From Lingula anatina (lineage: Eukaryota; Animalia; Brachiopoda), in the NCBI GenBank assembly GCA_051362555.1, contig CM120641.1, positions 33,424,401-33,488,400 of the forward strand: a stretch of DNA of 64,000 nt, given 5' to 3'. Position numbers and translations under genes: made by a program. The notes under the pieces were generated by a model, which did not search any database, was not told the origin of the DNA, and saw nothing but the letters and a program-made list of their open reading frames with translations. This document shows positions 1 to 14,200 of the stretch, in pieces (the first letter of the stretch is position 1; the number at the start of each line of letters is the position of its first letter).

Positions 1-1883
1 CTAATACCTGTATTATTTGGGGCGGTGACATTTATCATCTGGAATCCTTTGTTAAAAAAAATATCTGGAATAACATGCCCTTGATGCCATTGTCAATACG
101 TAAACTTAGCTATATACTTTTAAAAAAAAGTCTTATCACTTCTTTTTTTGGGTACGTGTAGCTTTGTTTTCTTTACCCAAAAATGTCTCTTATTTAAGGT
201 CTATCTGTTAAGAAAGGCAGTATTAACTACTGGTTTAGACATTAAACAACCTGACTGCATGATGCCTTGGTTAAAGTTTTTGCAAGGTCAGACAACTGAT
301 GTAAACAGCCATGTGCTACCTGACACCCGACTTTGTATTGTAAATCATTAAACAGCCTGTATGTGTTATCACTACCCTGGTGACTTGTCAATGCCATTGG
401 GAATTCTTTGTATATAATTTTTTATATCAACTTAACAACCCATCTCTCAATATCATTAAAATTAGATTACTTTAAAACTGCTTTCTTGGTCAGTCTTAGC
501 AATTCAAATGTAAATGTGGGTACTTACTTATCCATTACAGAACTGTATATATATGTATTATTTTGTATATATCATAATCATATGTCATCACTTCTCTTCC
601 CATATCTTCATTTAAAAATTACTTTTAGTGTTATATGACAATGACCCATTTATAACCATTACAAAGGCAGATCTCCCCCCCCCCCCTCTAATGTCTATCC
701 CCTGGAGATGTCACCTGAGGCTGCCCTGGCAAGATGCCAAAGACATACCTCTCTCTCTTTCTCTCCCTCTACCTGGGCTGTCACCTGAATAGATATAGAA
801 TGACAGGTCAAACTTGAAAGCCTTCAAATACAGTGCTTACCAGCTCCTGTATTAAAAGAAATAGATTTTAGTCATAATTCTATGGGGGCTCACTAAGGCT
901 TATCCAGGTGAAAAATTCCACTAATTTAGCTCAGCAGTGGTGTGTCCTGAAAACCATTGCTGGATATACATAGAATTAACTGTGTTAAAACTTACCTGAC
1001 TGTCAACAAAGCATTTCTATTTTAGAATCATCTGATTTCACTATTGTACTTTGGAAAAGAAAATGCTCTCAGTCTAAACTGCTGTCAATTTGAGTGTTAT
1101 TTACAGCTTTCTACTATTGAAATGTTTGTTAAAAGATCAAATTATCAAAAGTTTTCTTTTATTTTATAGAGCTGTCTTTAATCTTCGCAGAGGCCCTCGA
1201 ACCAATACATGACAACCCCCAGGCTCCTTATCTGAATTTCTCTCCTTATCGCTAATTTCAGCTTCGATAACTGTAATCCCCTGCCCAATATTTCTTCCCA
1301 ACAACTCCCACAGCTTAAATCTGACAGCAGACAGACAAATGACGTCTTCATGTGACTGTTACCGATGAGAGTCATTCAGTCCCTGTCATGGTTCCCGAAT
1401 CAGTTCTCAAGCCTTTCAAATCCTGCTGTGTCACAGTTGACGAGAAAACAAAGGTTTTTCTTGTTTTCCAGCAGGAGACTTGTTCTCAACACTGTGTTCA
1501 CTTGTACCTAGTAGTGTCTTTTCACTTTGTAAACCCCATGTAGTTGTTCTACTGAATGTAATACAGTGGTCTGTCAGAACCTACTATACATAACTGTCAA
1601 TCCCTCATTCTCATATCTCATTCCCTTCATCTCGTATATTATTTACATTATATTCTAGGGGAAACTTTCTGCTCAATTTGAGTAAAATGTAGGAAAAGGA
1701 TGATCAACATTATAAAATAAATGAAATTGTGTACAGCTATATCACAATAATGTAATGCTTAAAGTTAAGAGGCCTTTGAAGAGTCCTACAGCTCTTCAGC
1801 CTGAGAAAATGCCAGATAATCAAGATTTGTGAAATGTGTTAGCTGTCCCACTGTGTAAGTGATAGTTTCAAAACCTCACTCAC

Positions 1884-2330
1884 CTGAACGGCACTATTCA
1901 GGAAGCAGTTGTTCTCTCCAGGCCCATTCAATAATCCTTTCGAATTGGTAATCGACATGCTCATGCGTGAGCTTGGGCTCCATACAGTCTCTGGTGGTCC
2001 TCTCATAGAGCTGTGGTCCGCAAGCTGTGGTGGTATGGACCCTTTGGACTTGGTGTCCATCATATAGGGCTGCTGGCCTCGCGCTGTGCCATTTTCCATG
2101 GCCAGTTGAGAAAGCATCCCCCTGGGGTCCAAGCCCTGCTCTCTGCTCCCATAAGTTTCAGAGTAATCCATGTGCCTGTCCCTCTGTTGGACATTTTGTA
2201 AAGATGGCGGCCCGCGTACCCCGATGCTGCTGATTTGGTCATGTGATGTTGAAGATGAAGGATAATACTGGCTATGATAGTAAGGCTTTCCAGTTGTACC
2301 TGGGTTGAACATGTGATCCACTTGATCCAT
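1884..2330 (-). CDS. USP54: USP53/USP54 (echinus-like) ubiquitin-specific protease, first coding exon; gene continues beyond the left edge of the window
   Basis: ATG at 2330 in AAAAATGG context with an in-frame upstream TGA (2354-2352). The translation ends ...SKGLLNGPGENNCFLNSAVQ, matching the USP53/54 Cys box (GLLNEPGQNSCFLNSAVQV). Donor CAG|GTGAGT at 1884/1883. The whole exon is probably 1884..2938 (acceptor TTTTCTCATTGCAG at 2939). USP53 versus USP54 cannot be resolved; invertebrates usually have a single co-ortholog. Confidence 0.85.
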
Positions 2331-5300
2331 TTTTTGATATGTAGACGTACTTCACAACCTTGAAATAAGTACCGTGGATGAATGAATCAATGAAAAAAAA
2401 TTTCATATAGTTTTTTCCATGGTGGAACAGAATGGTCTCACAGCACAAGAAGACAAACAAATTTCGGCAGATCCAAGTGAGGCAAGTGAGTTAGTTGTTC
2501 AAAGGTGAGATATGGTCCAAATCCTTTCAATTAACGTGTTCTTATTAAAATAGCACACAAGAGCTCATAGCTGGTCTAAAGCTCAAAATTACTGAAAACG
2601 GACTACAGTCCTAATATGGAAGTTCAGGGTGCAGTACACAACTATACATAACAAGTCCAAGGCTCAAACTTTTAAATTACAGTCCTATGATTCATGAATC
2701 CTTTCATGTAGTACTTGTTGAGCTGTATACACAATTAGTCTTCTGATTCCAATATCATAGAAAGGAGTTCGACTTCAATGTACACTGTATGTCGAGAGAA
2801 GGGTCCTATTGTGAAGATTTCTTATACCGCTGGTATAATTATACTCCAAGAATGCACACACGAACAGTGCTCGTTACGATATCCTCCAAGTTATCACAAC
2901 TGTGGCTGCTTCCTGTATTGGTCTGCACAGTATTGAACCTGCAATGAGAAAAAATAGAAATCACTGTTAGCTCAACCTTTGTCTAAACAGAGCGTATGAA
3001 CTGATGGTGCTATGACAGGATTATTAGCACAGACACTGAACGCTTACTACGGATCTTGCCAATATAAACAACCTTTACTATTCTGCATTTAGTTTCTCTT
3101 TCCATCTTCTAGGAACTCTCAACTACCTTTGATATCCTCACTCAAATAACAACAGGGGTTTCTGTTTATACTGAAAGTTATATATCAATTGCTGGACTAA
3201 AAAGTCATCTCTGGATTTTTAAATATAAACTGTAATAAGAACTTTTTATAAATTGCAAAAACCTGCTATACAGTTACAGTAAATTATAATGAAGTTTGAC
3301 ATTTGCAGTATCAGAGCTCTGAGTATTACACACTCTGCCACAAAATTAACACATCTTTGCTGACATTTCAACCACAAATATGTGAACTTTCCACCCAGAT
3401 GATAAAAAGTTAAAAGAAGACCTGACAGAACCCAATAAATTACCCCTACTCCGCACACATGAACTTTAAATAAATCTTACACCCTACACTTCAAATTAGA
3501 TGCATATTCCTGATATGATTTCATAAGTGCTGTGAACTCAAATACGGTCTCTAATTTTAGAGTCATGTCTCCAAGAGAGACAGTCTAGACCATGGCATGT
3601 CTTTTTCACTATGACATCCATATCAGTCTTCACCGAGACCCCAAACTGGGGCTGCTTTGTGTTACTGCAAGCTGGCCCGTTTCACAAAATAATTTATCTC
3701 AGAAGTTGGTTCTGGGTTTTAAGAGCAAAATTCTCAGATTACTTTGATCAGGACCAAAGTCCCTAAAAGTCTGAAGTAGTCCACTAAAAAAGAACAACTG
3801 TTGTTATTAAGAAACACTTAACTTCTTTTAACTCTTTCTGATATAGCCCAATATCGACAAGTAAATGGGGCACCATTGATTTATCCACATACAAAACAGA
3901 CTAAAATTTTTAGGCTAAGTTAGTTCAAGAACTGATAAAAGTTATTTATTGTTCGAAATAGCTCGGTTATGCCAAGATCAGTTTATGCTAACTGTTACTG
4001 GCCTGGAAGATAGGAGTCGTGAGCTGACCTTGCCTGAGCATTTGTTTTTTGGTTTTAACATATACATCTAAAGTAACTGAATAAACTGATAATTACCATG
4101 GCATAAGGTGGGTTCTGCAAAAAAAAAAACAATATTTTTATAGTTTCATACCCCACACATCCAAACCAGGCTGTTAACTTACGGTAGTGAACATCATCAG
4201 TACATCCAGTTAGAGCATCCCTGTTATGACTGGAGTTCAGTTTACTCAAACCCTGCCCACTTTGTGAATGTAAGCAATTTCAGATATGATTAGTATGAGA
4301 TATAAGGCTCTGCAAGAATCTCTTACTCTGAGTGAGTTGATGAGTTAGTAAGTCCACCATGTGTAAGAAATACTGCTGGTTCTGCACAACATGTCAGAAA
4401 TACTTGAAACTCTGACTAACAAGGCTTTATCAAATACAAAGACTGTACCAAATTATAACCACTAGAAAGATTGCTGTGTAAAATACATACGCGTAACTAA
4501 AATAAAACAAAAGAGAATTTAAAATGAGACAAACTAAAATCACCTACAAACTCCTGAACAGCTGTCCACTTCTGAACTCACATTAAATCTTACCACAATT
4601 AAATCAAAGGGCTTGTGTACTAACACTTGAAGGGGTTACTAATGAAATCCAGGTATACAATACAGACCAAGAACCTCATATCTTAGTACAGCACTTTATC
4701 ACAATTATTTTCACCTTTGAGACCACAGCATATTAGCATCACTCCCCTGGGCATAGGGAATTAAGGATAAGGTATATCAAATGGTGACCTGGATCTACGA
4801 TCACACTGACCATAGGTGTGACTTTGTTTGTAAACTGTCACCTCCCACATTTATATCAATTCTGGACAACATTGGCATATGACTTGCCAAGACTGACTTT
4901 AGCTAAACCAGTATTATCACTTTTCTTTTTCTATTAGTATCTAGTTCAGAAATATCTTTCGCAAAATCAAGTGCACATGAGTAAAGACAGAATGTCCTTT
5001 TCAATAAAATGAAATATTTCCTGGCCATTGCAAGACAAAAGCATTGTCCATTTGGCTTACTTAATGTGCAATTTCCTCAAAGTGCTTCCACATGAAATTC
5101 ATCCTTTATCTTGTATCCAAAAGTAACACAAATTACAAGACAAGTGCCTCTAAACCGAAAATATGTTGGAGTACAACTTATGGGCCGTACAAGATGAGGA
5201 CTTCCACGTGTGGAGTAAATACAACTCAGCGGGAGTCCACTTACCTACTCCTTGCACATACTTCATTATTGACTTACAAACACTCGGACTCTTCCAGCTT

Positions 5301-8010
5301 GAAGTTCATCCATATTTCCATGTCATATTTTTAAGTAGAAAATATTGTGCAGTCTATAAAGTAACTGTCAGGTAAGATCCTGTACCATGGACTATCTGAA
5401 GTCCACAATTGAAGTGCACAACCAGACAGGCAGAAACTTTTTTTTTCAACAGGTCAAATGTCACAGAACATGAAGGCTGTGGAACACTTCCAATTCCCAA
5501 AGCCTCTGAAGTAACTCAGTGACTTTTTTTTTCTTCCAACTTTTCAACTTCAATCCTATTAGCAGCTCAGGATCCAGTTCCATTAAATGGTCAATGTAAT
5601 AAAGCTTCAAACGGAGCCCTAACAGTTAACTTCTGGCAACTTCAAAGTAACTGTTACATTCAAGTACAAGTCACATTTAAAATGACCATCATTCTGACAA
5701 GTAGCCTTGTGTCTAAAATAAAAGTCAGGTTAACAGTTTACGAAGTGCCTGTCTTGACAGATTAGACAACTGCCACCTGGTGACAGTACACCTGAATGTG
5801 ACCCTTAACCAAGGTCAACTCAAAATGTCAACTGTCACACAAAGATGTGTCACCGTTTACTGTTTAGACAGACCACAGATTAATCGCTGAACACTTCAAA
5901 AGCAGTTCTATTAAATCTGAAACTAGTATTATTTCTGGCTAGGACAATTAATATCATTGTTGGCTTCCACAGGAAATACTTTGATTCATGGTCATCCACC
6001 AGACAGTAATTCCCCTAGTTAATCTTATCTTCTGTTTCAAAATCATATTCTAATATTCCTCAAGTACTATTTTCATAGCACTTTCCTTTTTTATTTCTGA
6101 AAATGTCTTAAATGTATCTCATATTATTATTATTATTTCATAATATTTTTGAGAGAGAGAAAGAGACAGAAATAAAATTACCCAAATGACTATGCAAAAT
6201 CAATGTCAATTATCTATATTGATTTTTTTTATTTTAATTTGTATTTCAACTGAATAATATTTCCCTTGGTATTGTTTGGGCCAACCTGTTATTGCAATGA
6301 GTATCTGTATGCATACATAACCCCACGAAAAAAAGGCTACCATTGTCACATCTTCTGTCTGGTGGCAAGACAGGTGCAAACATTACTCATTCTGTCTGTA
6401 TATGGGTTCACCACAGGTAGACTCCAACAATAGCCCAATACAACTAGTGCCTCAACAGACAGTTCATGTACACAAGCTACCTGGCACAATAGAAACTGAG
6501 GGCAAACTTCAAAATCCTTTTTCGTTATTCCATATTTAGCATGTTCCTTTAAGCAACTGGTTCTGATGCTTATTATAAGAAGTGCTCTATACTTGGGCTT
6601 GCAGACATCATTTTAAGAAAAGAGGCAAAAATTTCAATACCCCAAATAACTGGACACTGGAAAGCCAACCAAAATGTATACTTTTCTTGCTTTTAGACCC
6701 ATTAGTATTTCTACCACTGTAAAAAAAACACAGCTCATTAACTCATAAAAGAAAAACTAATTCTGCAAAGCTAATACCTTCCACGCCAACTAAGTGATAT
6801 GATTTTTGAGATAATTGATACATTATAGCCTTTTCTGACAGGAACTGCTTCACAAAAAGAATGAATTCTCTCCCCTGGGGATTTTCATAAAAGATGCAAT
6901 GGCATATTTTCTGACAGGTAATTTCCTACAAAACCCATGCAATTTTCCTGGTCTCATGTGTATATTTAAAAGCAGCAATATTCTTATAACAGGCAATGAC
7001 ATTTAATTGACATCTCTGCAATTGCCTCTGTCTTAGGTGGTTTTTGTTAAAAACCAAGTGCAGTAATCACAAACCTTGCTTTGTATTTTCACTTACGGTC
7101 AATATCTGTAGTTACACTATTTAACTAAGGCGTTTCTTTTTTTTTCTTTATTCTGCGATCATTTTACCATCATTACACAAACATAAATGCCAATCTAAAT
7201 AGAGTATAATATTTTTCTGTTCACAGCTTCAGTAATCAAAAACTGGTGTCTTAGGGACTGGAGAAATTGAACCTCATAACCTTGATGTTCATTATGCAAT
7301 GTCTGAAAATATATCAGATGTCCCTATGGCAACCATATTTAAAGATGGACTTATCTGGCTGAAATCTGATTGAGAGTCAATCTCTTTAGCTTAAATACTG
7401 ACCAGCAACTTCCTACTGACCACAACATCTGATGCACATCTACCCCCTAGTCATGAACGCCCCTTAAAAACCTTTAGCCTTGTCGTCCTTGTCATGATAC
7501 CATCGCTCCGTCTGCAATGCTGTTCCCATAATTGGAAAAAATGATACATGCATGTCATCAAGCTGCAACCCAATAGAAAGACAACCAGTAATATTCAAAA
7601 TATTACCCTGATCTTTGCCATTTCACTGCCCCGCACTCCTGGCACCTCTTTCATCATTATCTTACAAGTGGTTGCTGAGTGTATAGAGCAAGAATCACCA
7701 TTTTTTTTTCAAATTATCACCTGCATATTAAACTATGGGTGACATGGCAAAGCTTATACTTAAAGATTTGCCAACAAGTCCACTGATGAAATCTGCCTGC
7801 CCTGTCCAGGCACTTCTTTTTATTATATATACCAAAAATACACATGCAAAGGCAGTTTGTATTATTTGACTCTTCTGAATAAGAGCATGGAGTCCATCTT
7901 ATGATCAATCATGTCTGTCACATATCCTGTCTTCATCAGATATATTGCAAAAGCACACAAAGCTTCTCCTGACACATTGACTGTCTTAATACTTTGTCTT
8001 GGATCATTAG

Positions 8011-8212
8011 CAGTCTTTATAACTTCCACTTCGAAAACCTTCTCCACGTGTTCACAATATCATCCAAATTTTAATAATCCTTGAAAAAGATCAATATTTT
8101 TGCTTAGACAATTTGCAGTCTTTGTAACTTTAACTTCAAAAACATTTTCCATGTGTTCACAGTGTCATCTAAATTTTTTTAACAATCCTTAAACACAATC
8201 AAATACTTTTTG
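8011..8212. repeat. Diverged tandem duplication (~105-bp period)
   Basis: CAGTCTTTATAACTTCCACTTCGAAAACCTTCTCCACGTGTTCACAATATCATCCAAATTTT versus CAGTCTTTGTAACTTTAACTTCAAAAACATTTTCCATGTGTTCACAGTGTCATCTAAATTTT. Confidence 0.8.
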
Positions 8213-11200
8213 ATTAAGCAAATCTCTTTTCGAAACCACAAATGATTTGGCACAAAATTCAGTTTTTGAATTTTAACTGACTGTGCATTACCCTTACAAA
8301 AGTTCACATGCATGGTCATAGTGCACCAAAACCATTATAATTTGTTACATCATGGTGCCTGCTGTTAAACCTTTCTGATATCAAAACTCCTTATGATAAA
8401 GACCTCTACTATCTCCTACCTTGACATATTTGTTGTGAGTCATAACCACACCTGACATTACATTAACAACTGATGATGATTTACCTGAAAGACAATATAC
8501 CTCGGGGAATTTGTATCCTATTTTGTATGGATGTCATAGACAGCAATTTCTCAGATAACCACATAAAGGTAATCCCATATTAGATACTCTTGATAGCAAC
8601 AGAAATCACCAGAAATGAAAATTTCTGAGCATTCAGAAATCTTCACAGCATGCCCAGAAGTGTCTCGTGACCTTCAAGCAGACTACCCAGACACCCTGAT
8701 CTTGTGTAACAAAACTAATTAGCATCCAGACTGTTACGCGCAGCTGACAAATTCCAAGTAACACCTGAAGTTGGACACTTATATGACGGCAGCTGATTAC
8801 ACCATAACGACATAAGAGTCTCGCAATAAAGTATGAAAATTATCCTTTACAAGAGGCAGGTTGTGTAGTTGGTCTCTGCCTCAATCAATTTCAATACAGA
8901 TACCTCCTCAAAGTTCTTAACATCAAATGAAAATTTTAAAAAAGCATTGTTCTAATCTATGATATAATTTTGTCTCCCCGCACTTGACAAATAACTCTTA
9001 CCTGCTTTGCCTGTAGTCTTTGAAACATTAAAGTGGCCAATATTTCACCCAAGTTGAAGCTTTAATACATTAAATGTTCAACTGATGCAGCTTACTTATT
9101 GTGCATCTAAACAAAATGTACATATCTTTAAACAAATAACCATTTTGTTGCTGAAAATACCAGTTATTAGGCTTAGATACCTGTGATTTCCACCTGCTGT
9201 CATCCAGTGTTCTAAATGAACTGTTTACCTGTGACTCACACCTGACATCGTAGATAACATGGTATATGGTTGATATTGATGGCATTGACTCACCTGTCCA
9301 CACCACACTGGCCGCAGTGTCCACCAGAGAGTAAATGATCAGCTCTGATTGTGATCAACATGATTTTGAGGCAGGTACCTAATGCAGTAACGAACATGTA
9401 TGCTTCTCTGTGCGTGCCTGTGCGTGTGCATGAATGTGCATGAATGTGTGTGTGTGTGTGGCTGATAATGTCCGATTTTTTTGACATCATTTTAAGAAAG
9501 GTCAAAATAATGATGAGTGTCTTGCCAGTTAAGTATTCCATATTTGGATCAAATAAAATAGAAACTAGAGGGAAAAGATGAGATCTTCGCAACTGATCTC
9601 ACCTGTAATTAAACCCAGATGATTTATTACCCACTGTCATGGCTCTATCTCCTTTTATCAGCTTCTAATTTCCTAAATGACACTCACTTTTAATTTCATA
9701 AAAGCTTTCATTTCAAGAAGAAAATGGTGTTTTCCCACAATATTAATAGAATAGTAATGATAGTATCTATCATGTATATGAAAAACATTTGCAATGACTG
9801 ATTTACTGCGTCAAAAAAAAATGAAGCTATGAGGAAATATTTTTCATTTCTCCATCTAATTCAGAACTTATGAAGATAGCAGAGTCGATAGAACTAAAAT
9901 ATCATCTGTTCGAGCATTGCACACAGTGGAGCCTAAAACGAACTTGGATTTAGAAAAGAAAAACTAAGTTTGCATAAATTACCATTTCACCTCTGAATAA
10001 ACACCATTAAGAATTGTGCACCAGTAAGTGGATGGTAGCGTGAGCCTTGTGATACAGTGAACAGTGTGCTTTCCAACTAGTTCACCAGTTTTGCAATTAT
10101 AAACAGTAGGTTTTGTAGTCCTTTAAACAATTTAAACAAACTCCTTGTAAACAAACACCCACAGAGCTCCTTTTAATTGCTGTGTGACAAAAATACAATC
10201 ATTGGTAAACCTACCTTTTTATACCTTCAGACCCACTGTGCACTTTCAACAAAACTGTGACAAAATCCTGGCTAGCATGCCCGTAAATAGTTTCACAGCC
10301 AATAAAAACCTTTTGATACTATACACCTTTCTACACAACTGTGTTAAAATATTGGCAAACATACCTTGAATGATAATACAATTTTTGTTAGTCAAGTAAC
10401 ATGTCTTAGTTCTTGGTAAGCTCATTTGCACATAGTTTTACAACTCTTTTATCAAGAGGCTTAACAGTGCTAAAATCAAGGCATTTTAAGATACATGGAC
10501 AATTTCAAAGTAACCATCTGTGGAATGTCTATATTTCACACCTTTTCCAGTAGCAGGACACAACCTGGAGTGCACAGTCAACATACCTTGAATGTAACCA
10601 GTCTAATCAACATACCTGTACATATTTCCACACTTACATCAATCCAAGGCATGTGCTGGTTTACAACATCCTGTGCACCCTAAATATGCAGCCATCACTT
10701 GCTTATGAACCATTTATCTATGTCCACTGTCAGATTTTAGCTTCTGTATGCCCCAGGTACCATATGCAGCCTCTAGTTGACATAATACTACACACTTCAA
10801 AACTGCTTGGTATGTTCTGAATATTTTACTGCCATGTTCTCCCATCAAACAAGCATAGTGGACTCTTCTAAAGCTATAAAGGTGCTTTCCTGACACCTAT
10901 CCACATACCTGGTTATAGGTATGAGATAAACATGCCACAATGCTGTTGAGTAATCCAAATCACAAGCAACTCAGCTGATTTTTTCCACATCTCTATCAAA
11001 TCACATGGTCACTTTGTCACTGAAATACTTGACTCAGTTTTAAACTTCAAAAACTTCCCTTGGTATCATGTCTTTTAAACAAGGAGACAGTAAAACCATA
11101 TTCACTTGTAGTAGTACCCTATTACCTGCCTGTTCTGTGGTCCACAGAATACAACCCACAATCTTGTTATTTTGTCAGAAAAGGCAGACAGCAAGCACAT

Positions 11201-14200
11201 AATATCACCTCCTGAACCCTCTAGGTAAGTAGTGTCAAAACACACATTTTTTTTTATAAAACCACACCACTTACATTGGCAGAATACCTGTTTTTTTACT
11301 GTCTACTTTCCCCAGGCTATGAGATTTGTTCCACTTGCCAATCTGTCATATTTTTCCCTATATGACACTGCCCACACTCCGCAGATCTCACACACAATAC
11401 CAGGGTCGGCATCTAAACACACACACACAATACTGGAGGGTTAACACGCACTTTGTTCACCAGACAATGCTCTGCGATGCATCTTACTTAGACAGGTGTC
11501 CATCCCATTTCAGACCACAATCTTGTCTTACTTGCTGACCGTTGTCCACCTGACACAAGGGAGGAGTTTTTGAAAGCCTTTTATGTCCAGGAGTGCAAAC
11601 TATCAATACATAAGTGTCTAAATAAATACAGATTTGGACATTGGGGGTTAATAACATGATAGCACTCCAGGTGTTAGCTTTGAAGATGACCAGCTGGACA
11701 CAATGATGTTTAAACATACTCTAGTGAGCTTGCTGTATGACACAGGTTATATAAGGTTATGTTTAAGTGTGTGTGTGTGTTAGTGTTAGAGAGAAAAGAG
11801 AAAGAAAGGGAGAAAACAAAATTAACTTAATAAACAGATGAACTCGCATCCACCTGTAGATTTACAATTTACAGCATCAATAATATCTATCCAATATGAA
11901 GCCAAACCCGTCAATGTCTTCTGAACAATCTCCACAACTTCCTGAACCTCATTACCAAGCATCAAAGTGGATACTCCCCTAAATCTGATACAGGTATTCC
12001 ATTCAAGGACTTAATTCCACCTATGACAGGTGAGTAGCAGCCTTACCTGGTCTACCACTGGTCCTCAGTGCCTGTATCTTTACATAACTGCTTTAAGCAT
12101 CTACCTTTCACTAATTTTAGTAGCTTCATTCGTCAATACATTTTAACATACAACTTCTCCTGGCTAAGGCTGTTAATGCTGCAAGCATGACCCCAGTCCA
12201 TAGCAGTCTCATCCTACAGCTAAAAATGGTCTCCTTAATGGCTCATCTTAATAATCATTCCTCTCACAGCACAGAAGAAAAGAACTTGATAACCTTTTAT
12301 AAGTCAACCTAAGTTTTACATTCTCAGTATATGCACTGCGATTATTAAATAATGAAAGTTAAGACAGTCCAAGTCTAATCATTTTTTTTTGTATTTTAAT
12401 TTACCACACTAAACTTGCCAAAAAACATATCATTAATGGCCAGCTCAGCTTCATATTGGTCAACACGGGCAAGTACATCCACAATCTAATTAGAGGTTGA
12501 TATTGAACTGAAAGCCTTTTAAGTGCTGAGACAAGTGCACTTAGGGCTGATTAATTAAGGTAAAGGTTATGTCAGAGCACAGGGAAGAACAATGATGTCT
12601 TAGATATGAGGGTTCTACTGCTGTCTCTTAATGAGGGAATCATATTCTTCACTGAGAGAATAGTTTTACCTGGGTTTCCTTCATGAGAGGACAATATTAC
12701 ACACAATGCTAAGAACTCCTGTACATGTGCACTTGCTGCTGTGATCAATTAAACTATTTTTTTTTCAGAGACCATGCACTTTAGTTTTAAAAAAAACTTG
12801 CTAAAATGGAACTGATGTACTAAAATTAACAATCTAATTATACTTATAGTCTTCTAACTTCAGAGTATAAGAAAATTTCTGAATCACATTTGAAAAACAC
12901 ATCAATGAAAAGATACAGAGAGACAAAATTTCTGTCAATATTTATAGCCTGTTTTTATTTTTGTAACCTACACCAACTATATTGAGCAAAATGGATGAAG
13001 CTGCAGGTTGTTTTCATAAAACAAGTACATGAACCCCAGTTTGAGTGTCAGCACTGAGTCTGTAATCGAACAGACAAAACTGTCAAATTGTTAATGGAAA
13101 TGGTAACATGGTGGTAAATCATCATCAATTAATAAAATTACCTGTATGTTGCAATATGCAATCTAAACATCAAACTGTGACTCACTGAAAATAACCGAAC
13201 TACAACATATCCATTGTTTACTGAACATCCAGTTACAGTTTAACTTTGGTAGCTGAACAAATTGCCCCAATGGCCAAAATACACTACCATGACCAAAATA
13301 TATCAAAAATGAAATAAAAATAAAATATTCAATCTTTCAGCTAAATTCAATTAATGTGACTTCCAAATATGAAGATGTTTCCACATTTTGATTGTACTAT
13401 GTGAAATATCCCACCAAAAAAATTCAAGGTGATACATATTATATATAAACAAACTCTTTAAGTGTGAACATAAATATATCCACATTCACAAAGCTACCAG
13501 GTTAACGATAACATCATCAATGTACCACCTGTAACAAGTGTTTCCAGTGCACATTAATTGTCAACTAGCCATGATATCACCTTAGTTGACCTATTTCTTA
13601 ATTAACCCCGAGTCACTGTCACCTTACTACAACTCTTTTTACAATCCATAGTGGACATGGCAACTTCTGGACTTTGGTGAAAAAGTCTGAACGGAGTACA
13701 ACATTAAAACCCACTTACCTGACAAAGCACCCTTCTCATTGCCATCATCAGACTGAATAATAACACAGGTCACCCTTCCCACAATGCAGTGGTGCCATTA
13801 TAATGGTGGGTCTGTCTACCTTGCTGCTGTGTTATTACCTGACAGCTGATCAATATTCTACTCTGCTTTTCATTCATTGATATTCTCTTAATGTGTGTGA
13901 CATCACGTAGAGTATTTGCACAAGACATTTTTTTTATTTTTGTAGGGCTGAGTTTGGTGATCCTGTTTACTTTGGTAACTATAGATTAAATTGGCTCAAT
14001 TTTGATGTATTAGTACATATAACAAGCCAAGCCCATCTTTCTTTTCTTCAATCTTCTTTCAAGTTTATAAATATACACACATCTGATGGCAGAGACTGCT
14101 TAAAACACTCCAGTGCTTCAGAAAAAAAGTTAATGTTTTTATTCAATAAGCTATCTACTTATTTACTGCAGCTGAAAAATCAGTACAATGTAGTCCAATA

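Noticed and set aside
3675-3730. GGCCCGTTTCACAAAA resembling a Harbinger MITE end
   Set aside because: No matching opposite TIR or TSD was found.
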